Shown here in pieces: positions 17,202 to 26,643 of a stretch of DNA of 64,000 nt. The stretch comes from an uncultured virus (IMG/VR IMGVR_UViG_3300027836_000010) (Duplodnaviria > Heunggongvirae > Uroviricota > Caudoviricetes), in IMG/VR virus record IMGVR_UViG_3300027836_000010, one strand, 5' to 3'. The notes under the pieces were generated by a model. The model did no database searches. It was given only the letters and a program-made list of their open reading frames with translations, and was not told the DNA's origin. Both the position numbers and the translations under genes were made by a program. Position 1 is the first letter of the stretch; every line of letters starts with the position of its first letter.

Positions 17202-18035
17202 ATGACAAACGAATTTAAACCAGATCCGACAATGAACGCTCCTGACCCTCGAGAGTTTATTGAGGACAAATACGAGCCATTAGGCAAGCCCGTATATATT
17301 AAAAAAGAAACAGCACTTGACGCAATGGCAGGTGATGGCGGATATCAAGAAGCATACCTAGGCGATCATCTTCGCTTTAAAATGAAACGTGAAGGTAAAC
17401 GGTTTTGGGCTGGCGATAATATTAGCGACTTCTTGCACGAAGGCGATAAAGAAAAACTAATCGATGAAGCAACAGAAGCATTTGAAACTGTACTAGATCG
17501 ATTACTTATTGATCGTGAAAATGATCCTAATAGTCAAGGCACAGCACGTAGACTTGCCAAGATGTACTTTAATGAAATAATGGCAGGTAGATATGAACAA
17601 GCACCAGACGCAACAGCGTTCCCAAATGATACAGAGGACCGTTACGAAGGTATGTTGGTTGTTCGTAGCGAGCTTCGCAGTATGTGTAGCCATCATCACC
17701 AACCCGTTGCTGGCGTTGCTTATATTGGTATTATTGCGGCTCAGAAACTCATCGGACTTAGCAAGTATACAAGGATCGCTCAGTGGTGTGCCCGTCGAGG
17801 TACTCTCCAGGAGGAACTTTGCAATGACATTGCTAGGGAAATCCAAAAAGCTACAGGAGCAACAGACTTAGGTGTATACATTCAAGCAACACATGGTTGT
17901 TGTGAGAATAGAGGCATTATGGCTCATAGTTCATTAACACAGACTACTGTGTTAAAAGGTGCGTTTAAAGATGACCATGGTACAAAGAAAGAGTTTTTTG
18001 ACAACATTAAACTACAGCAGGAATATTCAAGATGA
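17202..18035 (+). CDS. folE: GTP cyclohydrolase I
   Basis: Motifs TARRLAKMY, SMCSHH, GLSK, LQEEL and HGCCENRG. Confidence 0.93.
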   Translation: MTNEFKPDPTMNAPDPREFIEDKYEPLGKPVYIKKETALDAMAGDGGYQEAYLGDHLRFKMKREGKRFWAGDNISDFLHEGDKEKLIDEATEAFETVLDRLLIDRENDPNSQGTARRLAKMYFNEIMAGRYEQAPDATAFPNDTEDRYEGMLVVRSELRSMCSHHHQPVAGVAYIGIIAAQKLIGLSKYTRIAQWCARRGTLQEELCNDIAREIQKATGATDLGVYIQATHGCCENRGIMAHSSLTQTTVLKGAFKDDHGTKKEFFDNIKLQQEYSR

Positions 18036-18424
18036 TAGTTACACAACCGCCTGCTGAAGGTATAATGAAAACAAACGACTGGGGAGATAGTCGAGTTTAT
18101 CGAATTGCTTGTAACTGCGGTGATGAAAATCACAATCATAACATGTGGGTCGAAGCAGACGATTGCGATATCATTGTAACCATTTATACTACGGGCAAAA
18201 CAAACTATTGGTCTAAGACACGCTGGTATCATATTTGGACATTGTTAACTAAAGGATATGTTGATACAGAGTCAAGTGTTCATTTGAATCGACAACAGGC
18301 ACTTAACTACGCAGAAACATTGAAAAGCGCCATACACGATGTCGAAGTCTTTCGTAATAATAGACAAAACAAAGAAGAACGTGCTATAGTAAAAAAAATG
18401 GCAAATGAACAGGATTGTATATGA
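18032..18424 (+). CDS. Hypothetical protein
   Basis: Coupled ORF with a CNC..H motif. Confidence 0.6.
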   Translation: MIVTQPPAEGIMKTNDWGDSRVYRIACNCGDENHNHNMWVEADDCDIIVTIYTTGKTNYWSKTRWYHIWTLLTKGYVDTESSVHLNRQQALNYAETLKSAIHDVEVFRNNRQNKEERAIVKKMANEQDCI

Positions 18425-18651
18425 ACACTGCAAAACAACTAACAGACGAACTTATCTATCGTATGAAAACTACTGACCTAAATAAGTTTGAAATTAAACG
18501 TGAAGTAGGCGAGAATTGGTTACCACAAGGTACAGTACCGTTTGATCTGTATGCTAGTAAAGGTGTTGCTACTTTTACGGTATGGGCGGAATCAATTCAA
18601 GATGCGGAGCATCAAGTAAGTCAGTTTTTAGAAAGAGATGAAGATGAGTAA
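18421..18651 (+). CDS. Hypothetical protein
   Basis: Translationally coupled ORF. Confidence 0.55.
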   Translation: MNTAKQLTDELIYRMKTTDLNKFEIKREVGENWLPQGTVPFDLYASKGVATFTVWAESIQDAEHQVSQFLERDEDE

Positions 18652-19498
18652 AATTAAAATAGCGGAACTGTTTTACAGTATCCAAGGTGAAGGACGCTAC
18701 ATGGGCGTCCCGTCTGTGTTTCTACGGACATTTGGTTGTAACTTCAAATGTGCTGGGTTTGGTATGCCACGCGATACAATTAGTATTGAAGCAGATGACA
18801 TTGCTTACACCCACGCAAACATTGAGTCTTTTCAAAAATATGAAGAGCTTCCGTTGGTAAGTACAGGGTGCGACAGTTATGCTAGTTGGCATCCTGCGTT
18901 TAAGGATCTAAGTCCAATGCTTACTAGTGAAGCTATTGCTGATCGTATTATGGAAATTCTTCCGCAAGATCATTGGAAAGATGAACACTTGGTTATTACA
19001 GGCGGTGAGCCTTTACTAGGTTGGCAACGTGCTTATCCAGACTTAATTAATAATACTAAGATGCGCGACTTAAAAGAGATCACATTTGAAACAAATGGTA
19101 CTCAACGTCTTACACCAGAGTTTAAAGGCTTCCTAGCTAAATGGAATAGTGTAGTGGGTAGAGAACTTACATTTAGTGTAAGTGCTAAACTTCCATGCAG
19201 TGGCGAAAAGTGGGAGGAGGCAATCCTTCCAGAAGTAGTTTGCGAGTACGAAGAAGTTGGCACAGCATACTTGAAGTTTGTTATTGCTACAGAACAAGAC
19301 TTTGCTGACGCAGAGTGTGCTATTGCCGCTTATCGTACAGCAGGGTTTAAAGGACACGTATATCTAATGCCAGTGGGTGGTGTAGAAAGTGTCTACGCAA
19401 TGAATAATAAAAATGTAGCATTGTTGGCTATGAAAAACGGACTACGTTATAGTGACCGTTTACAAGTGCCGTTATTTAAAAATGAGTGGGGTACATAA
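18638..19498 (+). CDS. queE: 7-carboxy-7-deazaguanine synthase (radical SAM)
   Basis: Motifs ELFYSIQGEG, FLRTFGCNFKC...GCD, ITGGEPLL, FETNG and LKFV. Confidence 0.9.
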   Translation: MKMSKIKIAELFYSIQGEGRYMGVPSVFLRTFGCNFKCAGFGMPRDTISIEADDIAYTHANIESFQKYEELPLVSTGCDSYASWHPAFKDLSPMLTSEAIADRIMEILPQDHWKDEHLVITGGEPLLGWQRAYPDLINNTKMRDLKEITFETNGTQRLTPEFKGFLAKWNSVVGRELTFSVSAKLPCSGEKWEEAILPEVVCEYEEVGTAYLKFVIATEQDFADAECAIAAYRTAGFKGHVYLMPVGGVESVYAMNNKNVALLAMKNGLRYSDRLQVPLFKNEWGT

Positions 19499-19905
19499 TG
19501 AAACAATTTATTAGAAAACTGTTTGGCATTGATAAATTGCTTGCTGAAAAAGAGCAAGCACAATTAGAAACTGCCAAAGCTAAACAAGAAGAAGAACAAG
19601 CTAAACTAACTCCTAAAGAAAGAGCAACCGCTCGAGGAGAACCATGGGTCGATGTTCTTCAAACACATGTTAACAAAGATAACATTAGAAATGGTTTTTT
19701 TGAACTTGATTGGAATAACGAATTTGTCTCACAATTAAAACAAGCAGGTTACGGATTCGATGAAGATCCTGAAGAAGAAATTGTAGATCGATGGTTCCGT
19801 GATTTGGCGAGAAACATGCTAACCGAAGACGGATTAGATTCATCCAGAGGTGCCGGTTACATTAACGTAAGTCGATTACCTAACGGCAGAGCACAAGTAG
19901 AATGA
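19498..19905 (+). CDS. Hypothetical protein
   Basis: ORF in the operon (GFFELDWN). Confidence 0.6.
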   Translation: MKQFIRKLFGIDKLLAEKEQAQLETAKAKQEEEQAKLTPKERATARGEPWVDVLQTHVNKDNIRNGFFELDWNNEFVSQLKQAGYGFDEDPEEEIVDRWFRDLARNMLTEDGLDSSRGAGYINVSRLPNGRAQVE

Positions 19906-20486
19906 AAATTGTCGACTCAAATGAATACATTGACAAATACGATTGGTCGTCACTTATTAAACAAGACGATGCAAACCAATTAAAAACTGTTGCTAAAGAA
20001 ATTATCGATTCAGGAAACTATTTTAAAAATAGTCCTAAGTATCAAACTATGGAAAATTTATTTGCTCGCCCCGAGCCAGTATTCCTTAAAATGAGACAAA
20101 GTTTTATCTATAGTTGTTTTATGTTCCTTGGAAGAGAAGTACGCATTAAGAACATAATGAGCTGGGTGTTTATGACTAACCAACAAGGGCAAGCAGACGA
20201 AGATAAAAGCAACTTATGGCATAATCATCATGTTAGCGATAACAATGGAACTACCGATACTGTCAGCGGTATATTTTATGTTCATATTCCAAAAGATGTC
20301 ACTAATTATAATACAGCAGGAACAGAATTTGCGTTAGCCTATCCAAATTTCGATGACACCACGTTTGTAACACCAAAAGAATTGACTTGGATCATATATC
20401 CTAGTAAACTATGGCATAGGCCCGGGATATCAGACTCTGATGATTACCGGTTTGTATTTGCGGCAGACATGGAATATTATAAATGA
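19902..20486 (+). CDS. Putative 2OG-Fe(II) oxygenase-like protein
   Basis: Double-stranded beta-helix pattern WHNH...SGIFYVHIP...GTEF...YPSKLWH.P...R. Confidence 0.6.
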   Translation: MKIVDSNEYIDKYDWSSLIKQDDANQLKTVAKEIIDSGNYFKNSPKYQTMENLFARPEPVFLKMRQSFIYSCFMFLGREVRIKNIMSWVFMTNQQGQADEDKSNLWHNHHVSDNNGTTDTVSGIFYVHIPKDVTNYNTAGTEFALAYPNFDDTTFVTPKELTWIIYPSKLWHRPGISDSDDYRFVFAADMEYYK

Positions 20487-21511
20487 CTTACATTTTAGTT
20501 GATACAGCTAATACATTCTTTCGTGCTAGACACGTTGTTCAAGGTGCGGCTGAGATTAAACTTGGCATGGCATTCCACATTACATTTAACAGTATCAAGA
20601 AAGCATGGCAAGACTTTGAAGGTAAACATGTTGTGTTCTGCCTCGAGGGTCGCTCATGGCGTAAGGATTTTTATAAGCCTTATAAAGCTAACAGACAAGA
20701 AACTCGTGCGGCTATGACACAACGAGAACAGGATGAAGACAAATTGTTCTGGGAAGCATTTGACGAGTTTAAGAAGTTTGTTACAGAGAAGACAAATTGT
20801 ACAATATTACAGCATCCTAGATTGGAAGCAGATGACTTAATAGCAGGGTTTGTACAAACACACCCAGATGCTAAACACGTTATTATTTCAACAGATGGCG
20901 ACTTCGCACAACTTATTGCTCCTAATGTAAGTCAGTATAACGGTGTCCAAGAACATCATATTACATACGAAGGAATTTTTGATGCCAAAGGCAAACGTGT
21001 TAAAGATAAAAAGACCGGGGAGGATAAAGCAGTTCCAGACCCAGAATGGCTCTTATTCGAAAAATGTATGCGTGGTGATACCAGTGATAATGTCTTCTCG
21101 GCGTATCCAGGTGTGCGTACTAAAGGTTCTAAAAACAAAGTTGGTCTTACTGAAGCGTTCGAAGATCGTAACAGCAAAGGATTTTCGTGGAACAATCTCA
21201 TGTTGCAGAGATGGGTTGACCACAATGGGCAAGAACACAGAGTACTAGACGATTACTTGCGTAATGTACACTTATGCGACCTAACAGCACAGCCTGACGA
21301 TATTAAACAATGTATTCGTGAAACAATCGCAACAAATGCGATTCCTAAAACTGTAGATCAAGTAGGTATTAGAATGTTAAAATTTTGTAATGCTTGGGAT
21401 ATGAAAAAGATTGCTGATAATATCCAATCTTACGCAGAACCGTTTCAAGCAAAATATCCGCATACAAAAGCGGCCATTGGTTTATTTGAGGAAAGCGTAA
21501 ATGAGGTGTGA
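20483..21511 (+). CDS. RNase H / 5'-3' exonuclease (T4 rnh-like)
   Basis: Motifs ILVD, YKANR, EADDLI, STDGDFAQL and GDTSDNV. Confidence 0.9.
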   Translation: MTYILVDTANTFFRARHVVQGAAEIKLGMAFHITFNSIKKAWQDFEGKHVVFCLEGRSWRKDFYKPYKANRQETRAAMTQREQDEDKLFWEAFDEFKKFVTEKTNCTILQHPRLEADDLIAGFVQTHPDAKHVIISTDGDFAQLIAPNVSQYNGVQEHHITYEGIFDAKGKRVKDKKTGEDKAVPDPEWLLFEKCMRGDTSDNVFSAYPGVRTKGSKNKVGLTEAFEDRNSKGFSWNNLMLQRWVDHNGQEHRVLDDYLRNVHLCDLTAQPDDIKQCIRETIATNAIPKTVDQVGIRMLKFCNAWDMKKIADNIQSYAEPFQAKYPHTKAAIGLFEESVNEV

Positions 21512-21642
21512 CACTTGTGGCGAAGAAATCAAAACAAACTGTGATTATAGGCAAGGACGTTGCCCGCATCGCATGCCTATGTTAACAGATTATCATTTTA
21601 GATTTTATAACTTAAAAGAATTTATTAAAGGACTTTTCAAAC

Positions 21643-22164
21643 GTGGCTAATGTATATCTAATCAAACCCATTCATAAGAAAAGCATCTGCTGGCACATAG
21701 AACTGTTCCGAGACAATTCTGACGGTTCTACTAGTTGGGTTAATATTGAAGATCACTATCGCTGGGGACAAGGCTTTATCGAAGCAGACATGGATTGTAA
21801 CTTGCCGTATGAGGGTGATACTCAAGCATATTGTAAAAACGATTGCGGTTGGGGCTCAGAACTTGAAGATGGCGTTGCCTGCTACTTTGAATACAGCGAT
21901 GATTTCACAGACGAACAAAAAGAAGCGTTTGAAACATCATATCACGAAGGCGGAGCAGGTTGGTTATTTGACGGCGAACATGATTGGCAAGTTGAAGACG
22001 ATTATCTGACCATTGACGCTCCGTATCAAATTAGTCTATGCGATGAAGACGGAACAGTAGTTGAAGAAAACGTTAAACTAAAACCCAGGCCTGATCCCAA
22101 TACAAGCTGGCCGTGGAGTGTAGATAATCCTAAGCCTGATAGTGAAGGCGGAGAAGCAGACTAA
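21643..22164 (+). CDS. Acidic hypothetical protein
   Basis: 173-aa ORF. Confidence 0.6.
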   Translation: MANVYLIKPIHKKSICWHIELFRDNSDGSTSWVNIEDHYRWGQGFIEADMDCNLPYEGDTQAYCKNDCGWGSELEDGVACYFEYSDDFTDEQKEAFETSYHEGGAGWLFDGEHDWQVEDDYLTIDAPYQISLCDEDGTVVEENVKLKPRPDPNTSWPWSVDNPKPDSEGGEAD

Positions 22165-22712
22165 TGTTAGTTTCAGAATGTGAATATAAAGAAACATGTC
22201 CTAATAAGACAGATAATTGTGAGGTAATAACTATGACAGAGATACACGCAAAGCCAATCGTAGATGGCAAATTTTGGATAGTAGAAAAAGATGGAAATAA
22301 GATTGCTACTTTACATAAAAAAGAAAATAATCGTTTTGTATTAAGTAGCACCAACGGCGAAGTAATGTTTAATAAAAAAGAAGATTTACAAAAAGAGTTT
22401 GGGAATGATTTCTTTTTGAAAAATAATAAAGTTAAAGTTACAGCGTCTGAACCGCATGAATGTCACGGTTACCCAACTAGTTGTAAACCATATAATGCCA
22501 TGTACGATGTTCAACACAAATTACCATTGTTTACAAAAAGTAATGCTAGTAAGAGTTTGTACTGCGCTGGACACTATGTTATTAAATTTAATAAAGGATG
22601 GGTTAAAAGCTTCTGTCCTAAACTTATTACCATTGAACGTAATCCTTACAAGGGCCCGTTCAAGAGCAAAATTGAAATGAAGGTAGTGTTAGTCAATGCA
22701 AAATCAGATTAA
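22164..22712 (+). CDS. Hypothetical protein
   Basis: ORF in the operon; the true start may be the Met at 22233, which has a GAGG RBS. Confidence 0.65.
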   Translation: MLVSECEYKETCPNKTDNCEVITMTEIHAKPIVDGKFWIVEKDGNKIATLHKKENNRFVLSSTNGEVMFNKKEDLQKEFGNDFFLKNNKVKVTASEPHECHGYPTSCKPYNAMYDVQHKLPLFTKSNASKSLYCAGHYVIKFNKGWVKSFCPKLITIERNPYKGPFKSKIEMKVVLVNAKSD

Positions 22713-22944
22713 TTTAACACCAGTTACACAGTTTATACAAACTGTTAGATCCGCAGAAGCAAGCCAATCTAGAGAAGTTAAGCTATCTATACAACAAGCA
22801 AGAGCATTAATTTTGACACTGGCTGAAATTCAAGATAAACTGTTACAAGACTACGAAACCATGTTTAATCAGCTTAAACAAAGCGTAGACACTGAAGTAA
22901 TTACGGTTGCTATGGACGGCGGAGGCTTCGAAACCCCTAAATAA
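22696..22944 (+). CDS. Hypothetical protein
   Basis: ORF in the operon. Confidence 0.6.
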   Translation: MQNQINLTPVTQFIQTVRSAEASQSREVKLSIQQARALILTLAEIQDKLLQDYETMFNQLKQSVDTEVITVAMDGGGFETPK

Positions 22945-22983
22945 GAGATAAATATATGCGTAGTTAATTGGAGACTAGTTGTA

Positions 22984-23268
22984 ATGAGCAGACCTAAACC
23001 GCGTATATTATTAGAATTTACTAATAAAAAAACATATAAGGCCGAACAAATATTAGAGGCCGAAGCAATCTGGGCGGTCTTTTACAAGAACGAACCTTTC
23101 AATCTAAAAAGTTTCAATAGTCTTACCAGTTATCCAGGCCCTAAATATAAAAAAGTATCATTTAGTAATCCTGGCCACGCACATAATCTTGCTAAAAAAT
23201 TAAACCTTACATTTGGTACAGAAGACTTTCAAGTTGTCAAATTGACTTCTGGCACTATTGTAAAATGA
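22984..23268 (+). CDS. Basic hypothetical protein
   Basis: GGAG RBS, with GATAAATA upstream at 22947-22954. Confidence 0.65.
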   Translation: MSRPKPRILLEFTNKKTYKAEQILEAEAIWAVFYKNEPFNLKSFNSLTSYPGPKYKKVSFSNPGHAHNLAKKLNLTFGTEDFQVVKLTSGTIVK

Positions 23269-23672
23269 TTGCGCGAGATGTATTAACCAAAATATTTCTC
23301 CAGCAATGGGGCAAAAGTACAGACCCTGCTAATGTTAGCATGTACTCAAGAACTTGGTGGCAATCAAATCGAGTAAACAAACAAGATGCTTTTCGATTGA
23401 GCGATAAAGGTTATGAATTTTTGGTTTCGGAATTGGATCTAAAAGAGTATGAGATTCCATTTACCGAGCCAATCGAATTAAGTCCGCAAACAATTATCTT
23501 TTTGGAAAGATATATTGATTGCCCGTACTATCTCACAAACCAAAGTGTTACTGTATTTTCTGAGAAAAAGAGTTTTGAGCTATTTTTATTCTCTGATGAT
23601 ATACGTAAATTTGGACTCATAAAGGCCATGAACGAACGCCAAAAAGAACTGGATAGCAAAGAATCTAGTTGA
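23265..23672 (+). CDS. Hypothetical protein
   Basis: Translationally coupled ORF. Confidence 0.6.
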   Translation: MIARDVLTKIFLQQWGKSTDPANVSMYSRTWWQSNRVNKQDAFRLSDKGYEFLVSELDLKEYEIPFTEPIELSPQTIIFLERYIDCPYYLTNQSVTVFSEKKSFELFLFSDDIRKFGLIKAMNERQKELDSKESS

Positions 23673-23697
23673 CAGTTTCCGCTTATGACGCTATAAT
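23669..23697 (+). promoter_or_regulatory. Consensus sigma70 promoter
   Basis: Perfect TTGACA-N17-TATAAT. Confidence 0.85.
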
Positions 23698-23750
23698 ACA
23701 TACATAGCGCAACAATTTTAAACCCAGCAAACTTAGAGATAGGAAATATT

Positions 23751-24839
23751 ATGAGCGAGATTCTTAGCCGCACAGTAGGCCCAACAAACGCAAAAAAATC
23801 CCTGCGTAAGGCCTTTAAAAACAAACGTCCAATTTTCCTATGGGGTCCTCCCGGAATTGGTAAATCCGACATTATTAAACAACTTGGTACTGAACTCGAT
23901 GCTCATGTAATCGACGTTCGTCTTTCACTTTGGGAACCTACAGACATTAAAGGTATTCCTTACTTTGACTCAAACTCAAATAAAATGGTTTGGGCTCCTC
24001 CTAGCGAATTGCCAGATGCTGAAATGGCAAAACAGCACAAGACTATTATCCTGTTCATGGACGAAATGAACAGTGCCGCTCCTAGCGTACAAGCCGCGGC
24101 TTATCAGCTAGTTCTTAACCGTCGTGTTGGTACTTACCAACTTCCAGACAATGTTGTTATGGTAGCGGCAGGTAACCGTGAAACTGACAAAGGTGTTACA
24201 TATCGTATGCCTGCTCCGTTGGCTAATCGTTTTGTTCACTTGGAAATGACATGCGATTGGGAAGATTGGCAAGATTGGGCAGTTGAAAACAAAGTCCACA
24301 AGGACGTTGTTGGCTTTTTGACTTTCTCTAAGAAAGACCTGTACGACTTCGATCCTAAATCGGCTAGCCGTGCGTTTGCTACTCCACGTAGCTGGTCCTT
24401 TGTTAGCGAATTGCTTGTTGACAATGACTGCGATGAGTCTACTCTTACTGACTTGACATCCGGCGCTATTGGCGAAGGACTTGCTATTAAGTTTATGGCG
24501 CACCGTAAACACTCTAGCAAAATGCCTAACCCTACAGACATCTTGCTTGGCTCGGTAAAGAAAATGGACTCGAAAGAAATTTCAGCACAATATTCTTTGG
24601 TAGTATCTTTGTGCTATGAGTTGAAAGATGCTTGCGATAAAAATGTTAAAAATTGGAATACCCAAGTTAACAACTTCTTCCAATTTATGATGGATAATTT
24701 CGAAACAGAATTGGTTATTATGGGAACTAAATTGGCTTTGAGCACTTACAAGTTGCCATTGGATCCAGACGAAATTGCTTGTTTTGATGCGTTCCACGCT
24801 AAGTTTGGTAAGTATATTGCACAGGCTACTGAAAAGTAA
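23751..24839 (+). CDS. MoxR-like AAA+ ATPase
   Basis: Walker A GPPGIGKS, Walker B LFMDE, and AAGNR, LANRF, TPRSW. Confidence 0.9.
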   Translation: MSEILSRTVGPTNAKKSLRKAFKNKRPIFLWGPPGIGKSDIIKQLGTELDAHVIDVRLSLWEPTDIKGIPYFDSNSNKMVWAPPSELPDAEMAKQHKTIILFMDEMNSAAPSVQAAAYQLVLNRRVGTYQLPDNVVMVAAGNRETDKGVTYRMPAPLANRFVHLEMTCDWEDWQDWAVENKVHKDVVGFLTFSKKDLYDFDPKSASRAFATPRSWSFVSELLVDNDCDESTLTDLTSGAIGEGLAIKFMAHRKHSSKMPNPTDILLGSVKKMDSKEISAQYSLVVSLCYELKDACDKNVKNWNTQVNNFFQFMMDNFETELVIMGTKLALSTYKLPLDPDEIACFDAFHAKFGKYIAQATEK

Positions 24840-24843
24840 TAAG

Positions 24844-24872
24844 TTGACAGGACCTTCGGGTCCTGTTATAAT
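24844..24872 (+). promoter_or_regulatory. Consensus sigma70 promoter whose spacer is a UUCG hairpin
   Basis: TTGACA-N17-TATAAT, with ACAGGACC-TTCG-GGTCCTGT at 24847-24866. Confidence 0.8.
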
Positions 24873-24901
24873 ATATACATACTGAAACATTAGGAGCAGA
24901 G

Positions 24902-26086
24902 ATGGCACACGCAGATCCAATTATTGATAAAATTATTGTAGCACGAGTAGGGTTGCTACTTCGTCATCCGTTTTTTGGCAACCTTGCTACACGAATGGGA
25001 ATTAAAGAAGCAGACGACTGGCTTCCTACTGCCGCAACAGACGGTCGTAACATTTATTTTAATCGCGAATTTTTTACACCTCTTACTGTTAAACAAGTAG
25101 AGTTTGTTATTGCTCACGAAATTTTGCATGCTGTTTTTGACCACATGAGCAGACGTGAAGGCCGTGATCCAAAAGTGTTTAACATTGCCTGCGACTATGC
25201 TGTTAACGGACAAATTGTGCGAGATCGTATTGGCGATTATAATTTGCCCGACATTAAAATCTTCCACGATCCTAAATATTACGGCTGGAGTGCTGAACAA
25301 GTCTACGACGAAATTTACGAAAAATACGACGAAGAACAATTGGCCGCGTTGGGTCAAATGTTAGATGAACACTTGGATCCAGAAAATGGTGGCGGTAATG
25401 GCCAGCCAAAATATACTAAAGAACAGTTAAAAGAAATTCGTGACGAGATGCGTGAAGCAGTAATGCAAGCCGCGCAAGCCGCTGGTGCCGGTAATGTTCC
25501 AGCTAGTATCGCACGTATGATTAAAGAATTGACTGAACCTAAAATGAACTGGCGTGAAATGTTGCGTCAGCAAATTCAAAGTACTATTAAGAATGACTAT
25601 ACATTTATGCGTCCTAACCGCAAGGGCTGGCACATGAGTGCTATTTTGCCAGGTACTAATTATGATGAAACAATTGATATTTGCGTAGCAATTGATATGT
25701 CAGGCTCTATCGGTGACGAACAAGCTAAAGACTTTTTATCAGAAATTAAAGGCATTATGGAAGAGTACAAGGAGTTTAAAATTAAACTTTGGTGCTTTGA
25801 TACTAGCATTTATAATGAACAAGACTTTGACGGTTATAACATGGACGAGTTCATGGACTATGAACCAATGGGCGGTGGCGGTACTGACTTTGATGTTAAC
25901 TACGAGTATATGAAAGAAAATAACATTACTCCTAAAAAGTTTATCATGTTTACAGACGGTTATCCATACGGTTCGTGGGGTGATGAAAACTATTGCGATA
26001 GTTTGTTTATTATCCACGGTAATAACACTATTATTCCTCCTTGGGGCGAACATGCTTATTACGAAGAATCTAAGGTACGGGCGTAA
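24902..26086 (+). CDS. HExxH metallopeptidase-like plus VWA domain protein (MoxR partner)
   Basis: TAATDG and HEILH; MIDAS motif DMSGS; GGGGTDF and FTDG. Confidence 0.85.
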   Translation: MAHADPIIDKIIVARVGLLLRHPFFGNLATRMGIKEADDWLPTAATDGRNIYFNREFFTPLTVKQVEFVIAHEILHAVFDHMSRREGRDPKVFNIACDYAVNGQIVRDRIGDYNLPDIKIFHDPKYYGWSAEQVYDEIYEKYDEEQLAALGQMLDEHLDPENGGGNGQPKYTKEQLKEIRDEMREAVMQAAQAAGAGNVPASIARMIKELTEPKMNWREMLRQQIQSTIKNDYTFMRPNRKGWHMSAILPGTNYDETIDICVAIDMSGSIGDEQAKDFLSEIKGIMEEYKEFKIKLWCFDTSIYNEQDFDGYNMDEFMDYEPMGGGGTDFDVNYEYMKENNITPKKFIMFTDGYPYGSWGDENYCDSLFIIHGNNTIIPPWGEHAYYEESKVRA

Positions 26087-26373
26087 TGGCATTAAAGAAC
26101 GGTAAGCCAAATCCGCTTAATTATTTTGGAATCCGGAGGGCAGAATTTGCCGCTCCGCATTTCAAATACACAACTATAGAAAAATACAATCCAGCACTAC
26201 TTAAAAATTTAGATACCTGGATTAAACACAATCTCAACAGTAGATATTTTATAGGGCAAGGATTAGCCCTTGATAATACCAACACTATCGTGTATACTAC
26301 ACGTATAGGCTTTGAAAGTGAAAAAGAGTTAAGTTTTTTCACAATTGCCTGTCCGCATTTACAAACGAGATAA
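26086..26373 (+). CDS. Hypothetical protein
   Basis: Translationally coupled ORF. Confidence 0.6.
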   Translation: MALKNGKPNPLNYFGIRRAEFAAPHFKYTTIEKYNPALLKNLDTWIKHNLNSRYFIGQGLALDNTNTIVYTTRIGFESEKELSFFTIACPHLQTR

Positions 26374-26404
26374 ATTAATAGCATACTTTAACTAAGGAGA
26401 TACC

Positions 26405-26641
26405 ATGACTGAACAAGTTGAAAAACAAGAAGAAGCACAAGCGCCGGAAGCTCAAAAATCCGAAGCAAACGAACTAACTATTAACGATTTAAATGCGATG
26501 AAAGTTATCATCGATATCGCTAGCTCACGCGGCGCATTTAAACCAAACGAAATGACTGTCGTAGGTCAAACTTATACTAAATTATCAACATTTTTAGACC
26601 AAGTAGCCAAGCAAGCAGAAGCGACTAAAACAGGAGCATAA
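26405..26641 (+). CDS. Hypothetical protein
   Basis: Strong AAGGAG RBS. Confidence 0.65.
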   Translation: MTEQVEKQEEAQAPEAQKSEANELTINDLNAMKVIIDIASSRGAFKPNEMTVVGQTYTKLSTFLDQVAKQAEATKTGA

Positions 26642-26643
26642 TT

